Origin: Candidatus Latescibacterota bacterium
GTDB taxonomy: Bacteria; Latescibacterota; UBA2968; UBA8231
DNA length: 64,000 nucleotides
Assembly: GCA_965204725.1 (NCBI GenBank)
Contig: OZ242005.1
Location: 64,001 to 128,000, forward strand
Direction: 5' to 3'
In this document: piece after piece, positions 58,190-64,000 of the stretch
How positions within the stretch are numbered: position 1 is the stretch's first letter
Layout: the number at the start of each line of letters is the position of its first letter
Made by a program: the position numbers and the translations under genes
The notes under the pieces: generated by a model
The model's database searches: none
What the model was told of the DNA's origin: nothing
The model's input: the letters and a program-made list of their open reading frames with translations, nothing else

Positions 58190-60469
58190 ATGCGCTGCAA
58201 AATGTATCCACTGCCAAAGACGCCCACGCGCCTCAGTATCGCGCTCGCCGCTTGGTTGGGCTGCGCCTCCGAGCCGCCCCTTCCCGCCCAGAGCGCCCAG
58301 CGCTACGAACAGGCTCGCCAACACTTAGCGGCCGGCCGGTTGGACTCGGCGGCCCACGTCCTCGAAGCCCTCGTCCGGCGCGATACCCTGCACTACGAGG
58401 CCGCGCTCGCGCTCGGGGAAATCTACCTGCGGCAACGGCACTACCAACGCGCCTTGCCGCCGCTCGCCCGCGCCCAAAAGCTCGCGCCCGAGCGCATTGA
58501 GGCCCGGTTGCAGTTGGCCCAAACCCTCAGCAAACTCGGGCGTCAACCCGAGGCCCGCGCCCTTTTTGACGCCCTCGTCGCGGCCTTCCCGGGCAACGCG
58601 GTCGCCTGCATGGCTTACGCCGACCTCCTGATGACGCAAGACCAACCCGACGCGGCCGGGGCCCTCGCCCAGTACGAAGCCATCCTCGCCGTCGATCCCA
58701 CGCACTACCGCGCCCGTGCGGGCAAGGCCGCCTCCCTGTTGCGCTTGGGCGATTTTGCCGGCGCGGCCGACCGCCTCAGCCGCTTGCTCGCCGAGCGGCC
58801 GACCGACGTGTATCTATCCTTCCTGTTGGGCGCGGCCCACCACCACTTGCGCCAATATCCCGAGGCCGTGGCCGCGTACAAGCGAGCCATCGACGTCCTG
58901 CCGCCGGCCTCGCCGCAGCGCACCGTGCGCCAGTGGAATCTGCGGCTGGCCTATATCGAGGGATACGGCGCGTACCCGGGCGACCTCGAACCGGCCTATC
59001 AGCTTGGATTGGCGCCGCTGGCCGAGGCGTCGCCCGTGCGCTTTACCGATGTGGCCGCAGCGACCGGCGTCGGCAAGCGCGACCGGGGGCGCGGCGTGGC
59101 GTGGCTCGACTACGACACCGACGGCGACCCGGACCTCTTTGCCGCGGGCATCCAAGCTCCGCATGCACTCTACCGCAACGACGGCGATGGAACCTTTGCC
59201 GACGTATCGGCCGCAGCCAACCTCCTAGATCCGCGCGGCGGCTGGGCGGCCATTGCCGCAGACTACGATGGCGACGGCCACCCAGACCTCTTTGCCACCC
59301 GCGAGGCTTGGGAGGGCCGCGCGCCCAACTCGCTCTACCGCAATCGGGGCGACGGCACCTTTGCCGAGGTCGCGCCCCAAGCCGGAGTCGCTGGCACGGA
59401 CGACAGCTTCATGGCCGTCTGGACCGACTACGACAACGACGGCCTGCCCGATCTGTACGTGGCCTCGGGCATCACCGGCAGCGGGCGGCCCAATCGCCTG
59501 TACCACAACCAAGGGGACGGCACCTTTGCCGATCGCGGCGTCCGAGCCGGCGTGGCCTATCGCGGCAAAACCCTCGGCGTGACGTGTGGCGACTACGACA
59601 GCGACGGCGACAGCGACCTCTACGCCATTGACGTGGCCGCCCCCAACCACCTCTACCGCAACGATGGGGCCACCTTCCGCGACGTCACCGCCGAGGCCGG
59701 CGTGGCCAAACCGGGCGAGGGCAGCTACGTGGGGTTTTTTATTGACAGCGATGGCGACGGCGACCGCGACCTCTTTGTCTCGGCCATGAACTTCTACGAA
59801 GACATCGTGCAGTCGCAGGTCACCGGGCTGGCCTTGCGCCCGACCCGCGCCTATTTGTACCGCAACGACGGGGCCACCTTCCGCGACATCGCCCGTCCGC
59901 AGGGGCTGGCCCGCTCCTTTGGTTCGATGGGCGCGGGCTACGGCGACGTGGATTACGACGGTCTGATCGACCTCTACCTGACCAACGGCGGCCCCTTAAT
60001 GACGCGCTTTGAGCCTAACGCGCTGTTCCACAACCGCGGCGACCGCTTTGCCGACATCACGGCCGCGGCCGGCGTCGGCAATCCGGGCAAGGGGCACGGC
60101 GTGGGGTTTGCCGACTACGACCTCGACGGCGATCTCGACCTCTACACAGCGGTCGGCGGGCACTACCCTGGCGACCTGTGGGCCAACAGCCTGTACCGCA
60201 ACGAGGGGCACCGCAACCACTTCCTCGGCGTGGATTTGGGGCCGCGAGCCATTGGCGCGCAGTTGCGTTGGCGCGCCCAAGATCTGCTCGGGGTCGCAGA
60301 AGTCAGCAGCGGCCCGGGATTCGGGTCGTCCAATAGCTTGGCTCCGGCCCTCGGCTTGGGGGCGCGCACCCGGGTTGACACCCTCGAAATCCGCTGGCCC
60401 ACCGGCGAGCAGCAAGTGCATGCCGACTTGGAAATCGACCGCTTCCACCGCTTTGTCGAGCAGCCCTGA
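58190..60469 (+). CDS. TPR + FG-GAP/ASPIC (CRTAC1-like) lipoprotein
   Basis: Lipobox WLGC; N-terminal TPRs then DYDxDGxxDL repeats; start could be 58202. Confidence 0.88.
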   Translation: MRCKMYPLPKTPTRLSIALAAWLGCASEPPLPAQSAQRYEQARQHLAAGRLDSAAHVLEALVRRDTLHYEAALALGEIYLRQRHYQRALPPLARAQKLAPERIEARLQLAQTLSKLGRQPEARALFDALVAAFPGNAVACMAYADLLMTQDQPDAAGALAQYEAILAVDPTHYRARAGKAASLLRLGDFAGAADRLSRLLAERPTDVYLSFLLGAAHHHLRQYPEAVAAYKRAIDVLPPASPQRTVRQWNLRLAYIEGYGAYPGDLEPAYQLGLAPLAEASPVRFTDVAAATGVGKRDRGRGVAWLDYDTDGDPDLFAAGIQAPHALYRNDGDGTFADVSAAANLLDPRGGWAAIAADYDGDGHPDLFATREAWEGRAPNSLYRNRGDGTFAEVAPQAGVAGTDDSFMAVWTDYDNDGLPDLYVASGITGSGRPNRLYHNQGDGTFADRGVRAGVAYRGKTLGVTCGDYDSDGDSDLYAIDVAAPNHLYRNDGATFRDVTAEAGVAKPGEGSYVGFFIDSDGDGDRDLFVSAMNFYEDIVQSQVTGLALRPTRAYLYRNDGATFRDIARPQGLARSFGSMGAGYGDVDYDGLIDLYLTNGGPLMTRFEPNALFHNRGDRFADITAAAGVGNPGKGHGVGFADYDLDGDLDLYTAVGGHYPGDLWANSLYRNEGHRNHFLGVDLGPRAIGAQLRWRAQDLLGVAEVSSGPGFGSSNSLAPALGLGARTRVDTLEIRWPTGEQQVHADLEIDRFHRFVEQP

Positions 60470-60470
60470 G

Positions 60471-61664
60471 ATGATGGGGCGACTGATCGGCGCGGCCTGT
60501 GCGCTCGCCGCCTGCGCCTCCGAGCCGCCGCCAGTGCCCGTCAATCACCTCGACCGCGCCCGCGCTCACTTTGCGGCGACCCGCTTTGAACAAGCGACCG
60601 CAGCCGCCCGCGCCGGGCTAGCCCTCGATTCGACCAACGCCGACCTCCACAACGTGCTGGCCTCGTCCCACGCGGCTCAGGGCCGCTATGCCCTCGCCAT
60701 TGAATCCCTCGAAATAACCGTCCGCCTCCAGCCCGACTACGCCATGGGCTTTGTGAACCTCGGCGGGATCTACACCAAGCTGGGCCAGTACGATCGCGCC
60801 GCGACCTATCTCCAGCGCGCCGTCCAGCTCCACTCCGACAACTCGCCGGTGCGCCGGCGCTTGGGCGAGCTATACTTGGCCACCGGACGCTATGCCGAGG
60901 CCACCCGCGAGTTGCGCGAAGCCCTGCGCCTGTTTCCCAACGACGCCACTCTTTACTACTACCTCGGCCAAAGCCTCGCGGCCGAGAACCGATCGGCCGA
61001 AGCCCTAGCGGCCTTTCAGCGCGCCACTGTGCTCGACATCGGCTTTGCCGACGCCTTCTATCGCCTCGCCACCCTCGCCCGCCAAGCCGGTCGCGGCCCC
61101 TTGGCCCAGCAGGCCCTAGCGAGTTTTGAGCACCTTCAAGCACTCAGTGGCAAGGAGGTCAAGCGGCTGCGCGCAGCCATCCTCAACGCGCCCGAAGAAG
61201 CGGCCCATCACTACAACCTCGGCCTGTTCTTCGTCCGGCACGGGTACTTTGCCCAAGCCGAGAACAAATTCGACCGGGCCGTCGCCTTGCGCTCTGGGGA
61301 CCTCGCCCTGCTCAACCGCCTCGCCAGCGACCTGATAAAGCTGCAACAGCCCGAAGCTGCGCTCCGCTACTTGCAGATAGCCCTCGACCAAGACCCCACG
61401 CATTTTCCCTCCTTGCTCAGTGCCGGGCACATCGCCGGCCAGCTCGGGCGCTACGACGAGGCCGTAGCTCACTGCCGCCGAGCGACTGCGGTGCGCCCAG
61501 ACGACGCCGAGGGCTGGTATCTCCTCGGCTTGGGCCTGTTCAGCAAGGGGGAACGCGCGGACGCCGAACAAGCGTTGCGCCGCAGCCTAGCGCTCAGCGC
61601 GGACGCCGAGGAGCTGCGCCCCAAGGTCCAGCAACTGCTCAACACCCTGCAACAACACCCTTAA
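60471..61664 (+). CDS. TPR lipoprotein
   Basis: Lipobox LAAC; TPR repeats; start moved to ATG 60471. Confidence 0.85.
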   Translation: MMGRLIGAACALAACASEPPPVPVNHLDRARAHFAATRFEQATAAARAGLALDSTNADLHNVLASSHAAQGRYALAIESLEITVRLQPDYAMGFVNLGGIYTKLGQYDRAATYLQRAVQLHSDNSPVRRRLGELYLATGRYAEATRELREALRLFPNDATLYYYLGQSLAAENRSAEALAAFQRATVLDIGFADAFYRLATLARQAGRGPLAQQALASFEHLQALSGKEVKRLRAAILNAPEEAAHHYNLGLFFVRHGYFAQAENKFDRAVALRSGDLALLNRLASDLIKLQQPEAALRYLQIALDQDPTHFPSLLSAGHIAGQLGRYDEAVAHCRRATAVRPDDAEGWYLLGLGLFSKGERADAEQALRRSLALSADAEELRPKVQQLLNTLQQHP

Positions 61665-61697
61665 ACGCCGCGACTGGCCCACAAGAGGAGTCCATTT

Positions 61698-62699
61698 ATG
61701 AATCGCCCCCCCGCAGAGTTCAAACGCATTGCCGCCGCCGACCTCAGAGCCTTTGGCACGGCCTGCCTGCGCGCCGCCGGCCTGTCCGCGGCCCACGCCG
61801 CCCAGTTGGCCGACCTACTCACTAACTCAGATTTGCGCGGCGTACGCTCGCACGGCACCCGCGCCCTGTACGGGTATTGCTGTACGCTCCGCGACAAAAA
61901 GGCCAACCCCGCCCCCGACATTCGCGTCCTGCGCGAAAGCGACACCCACGTCTTTGTCGATGGCGATGGCAGCCTCGGGTACGCGCCGACCATGCTGGCT
62001 GCGGAACGGGCCATTGCCAAGGCCAAGGAAAAGGGGCTCGCCGTCGGCGCGGCCTGCCACATTGGGCACTACGGCTCGGCCGGGCACTACGTGCGCCGCG
62101 CCATGGCGGAAAATTGCGTGGGCTTTTCAGTGCAAGCGGCGTACCCTCAGTTCTACCCCAGCAACGAAGGCAAGCGCGCCGCCCACTACGGCAACCCGCC
62201 CCTGTGCTTTGGCCTGCCCGGGCAAGAAGGGCCAGCGGTGGTCCTCGACGTGGCGACCTGCATCCTCGCCGACTACCAGCGCGGCGAGCCTATCGAAGCC
62301 ATTGAAGAGCTGATCCCGGCGGCCTTCTTCAAGTCCATGGGGTACACTGCCATCGCTACCCTGCTCGGCGGGGCCTTTGTCGGCCAAGGGGACGACCGCG
62401 CCCGCGAGATCGCCGCGCAGTGGCCGGCCGCGCGCATGGGCAGCTTAATCCTCGTGCTCGACTTGGGCCTTTTCGCGCCCGCGCCGCAAGTGCGCCGTGG
62501 CGTCGATGAACTCGTGCGCCTAGCGGGTGAGCAGCTCATTCCCCTGCGCGGGTACGACGAAGTCACCCTGCCGGGCACTCCCGAACACCGCAACGAAGAA
62601 GCGTATGCACGCGACGGCGTACCCGTCGGCGTAGAGGATGTCGAGCGCCTAGCCGAATGCGGCCGGGCCTTTGGCGTCGCCCCGCCGTGGCTGGACTAA
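61698..62699 (+). CDS. Ldh_2 family (malate/L-lactate/sulfolactate dehydrogenase-like) oxidoreductase
   Basis: DLRGVRSHG, VDGDGSLG, GHYGSAG, GNPP, LDVAT, LPG..E. Confidence 0.85.
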   Translation: MNRPPAEFKRIAAADLRAFGTACLRAAGLSAAHAAQLADLLTNSDLRGVRSHGTRALYGYCCTLRDKKANPAPDIRVLRESDTHVFVDGDGSLGYAPTMLAAERAIAKAKEKGLAVGAACHIGHYGSAGHYVRRAMAENCVGFSVQAAYPQFYPSNEGKRAAHYGNPPLCFGLPGQEGPAVVLDVATCILADYQRGEPIEAIEELIPAAFFKSMGYTAIATLLGGAFVGQGDDRAREIAAQWPAARMGSLILVLDLGLFAPAPQVRRGVDELVRLAGEQLIPLRGYDEVTLPGTPEHRNEEAYARDGVPVGVEDVERLAECGRAFGVAPPWLD

Positions 62700-62741
62700 C
62701 GCCGCGCCGGTTTCTACCTTACGGCTAAAAAGGAGAACGCT

Positions 62742-63608
62742 ATGAGCCTGACGCCGGCGCGCCACGCCGAGCTAAAACGCCATGCCATCCACCTGCGCCG
62801 CCTAGTCGTCGAGTCGGTACACCGCGCTGGGGCTGGGCACCTAGGCGGCCCCATGTCCGCGGCCGAGTTGCTCATCGCCTTGTATTTCGCCGAGCTAAAC
62901 ATCGACCCGGCCCGGCCCCGCGCTGAAGGCCGCGACCGCTTCATCCTGTCCAAGGGGCACTCGTCAATCGGCCTGTACGCGGCTTTGGCCCTGCGCGGCT
63001 TTCTGCCCATCGAAGAGCTCGCCACCTTTGACGCTATTGACTCCCGCCTCCAAGGCCACCCGGACATGAGCGTCCTCCCCGGCCTCGACATGTCCACCGG
63101 CTCGCTGGGCCAAGGTCTGTCGCCCGGCCTCGGCATGGCCCTCGCCGCCCGGCTCAAGGGGCAGAACTTTCGCACTTGGGTGATGATCGGCGACGGCGAC
63201 TCGCAGGAGGGGCAAATATGGGAGGCGGCCTTTGTCGCCGCGCGCTACGGCCTCGACCATCTCACCGCCATCCTCGACTGGAACGGCCTCCAGCAATACG
63301 GCTGGGCCACCGCAAAGGGCTACGGCGTGCTCGACCGCTTGGCCGCGCAGGAAAATCCGCTCAGCCGCTGGCGCGCCTTTGGCTGGAACGCCATCGAGAC
63401 CGACGGGCACGACTTTCCCGCCATTTTCTCGGCCTTTGCCGCGGCCAAAGCCCACCGCGGGCAACCCACCATCATCGTCGCCCGCACGGTCAAGGGCAAA
63501 GGAATATCCTACATGGAAAACGACTTCAACTGGCACTCCAAGCCCGTGACCGACCAAGACCTCACACGAGCGCAGGACGAACTCGCCGCGCAGGAGGCCG
63601 CCCTGTGA
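62742..63608 (+). CDS. Transketolase, N-terminal (TPP-binding) subunit
   Basis: GHLGG, RDRFILSKGH, LQGHP, STGSLGQGL, GDGDSQEGQIWE, TVKGKG. Confidence 0.93.
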   Translation: MSLTPARHAELKRHAIHLRRLVVESVHRAGAGHLGGPMSAAELLIALYFAELNIDPARPRAEGRDRFILSKGHSSIGLYAALALRGFLPIEELATFDAIDSRLQGHPDMSVLPGLDMSTGSLGQGLSPGLGMALAARLKGQNFRTWVMIGDGDSQEGQIWEAAFVAARYGLDHLTAILDWNGLQQYGWATAKGYGVLDRLAAQENPLSRWRAFGWNAIETDGHDFPAIFSAFAAAKAHRGQPTIIVARTVKGKGISYMENDFNWHSKPVTDQDLTRAQDELAAQEAAL

Positions 63609-64000
63609 ACCTCTCCATCACCAGCGATATGCTGGCCCAGCGCGACGCTTTTGGCGACGCGCTCATCGAACTCATAGACCGCGACGCCCGCGTGTACGTG
63701 CTCGACGGCGACTTGGCCAACTCGACCAAGGCCGACAAAGTCTCCCGCGAGCGGCCCGACCGCTTCCTCGAAATGGGCATTGCCGAGCAAAACATGATGG
63801 GCGTCGCCGCTGGCATGGCCACCTGCGGCCTCGTGCCGTGGCTGAGTAGCTTCGCCTGCTTCATCGTCAACCGCGACCTCGATCAGCTCCGCGTCGTCGT
63901 CGCCCAGCCCAACTTACCGGTCAAGCTCTGCGGCGCGTACTCGGGCCTGTTGACCGGCAAAACGGGCAAAACCCATCAAGAAGTCGCCGACATCGCCGTC
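63605..64000 (+). CDS. Transketolase, C-terminal subunit (runs off the window)
   Basis: GTGA overlap; own translation: QRDAFGDAL, DGDLANST, EMGIAEQNMMGVAAG, GKTHQ. Confidence 0.9.
   Translation, partial: MNLSITSDMLAQRDAFGDALIELIDRDARVYVLDGDLANSTKADKVSRERPDRFLEMGIAEQNMMGVAAGMATCGLVPWLSSFACFIVNRDLDQLRVVVAQPNLPVKLCGAYSGLLTGKTGKTHQEVADIAV

Overview
GC-rich bacterial chromosome segment with no rRNA, tRNA, CRISPR array, integrase or transposase that I can recognise. It is dense in eukaryote-like repeat lipoproteins (LRR, PD40, NHL, ankyrin, TPR, HEAT, FG-GAP/ASPIC), which by inference suggests a host-associated (e.g. sponge) Latescibacterota/Poribacteria-like organism. Main elements: (1) A ~22 kb co-oriented minus-strand envelope locus (46336->24313), probably continuing to 11994. 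It encodes a CBM9-like protein with a C-terminal SWGxxK motif, two paralogous ~980 aa putative outer-membrane proteins, two paralogous lipoproteins, a PorV-like barrel, an FlgD-Ig protein, a 1090 aa TPR protein, ExbB-ExbD-ExbD without TonB, a PPIase, two OPT-like permeases and an M28-peptidase/FtsX fusion. This is a candidate undescribed trans-envelope machine. (2) A 3.6 kb recombinase-less element (47104-50709) that splits a small coiled-coil gene at a CTTG core and carries iterons, a small-terminase-like gene and an ankyrin lipoprotein. (3) Three accessory cassettes (trypsin-like protease + TIR; toxin-antitoxin genes including a BrnA-HEPN fusion; a coiled-coil gene), each followed by a mostly synonymously diverged copy of the 3' end of the upstream host gene. 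Housekeeping genes include a glycogen debranching enzyme, acs, manA, an SDR, carbonic anhydrase, an Ldh_2 oxidoreductase and a split transketolase. All family calls are by-eye motif recognition; no database search was run.
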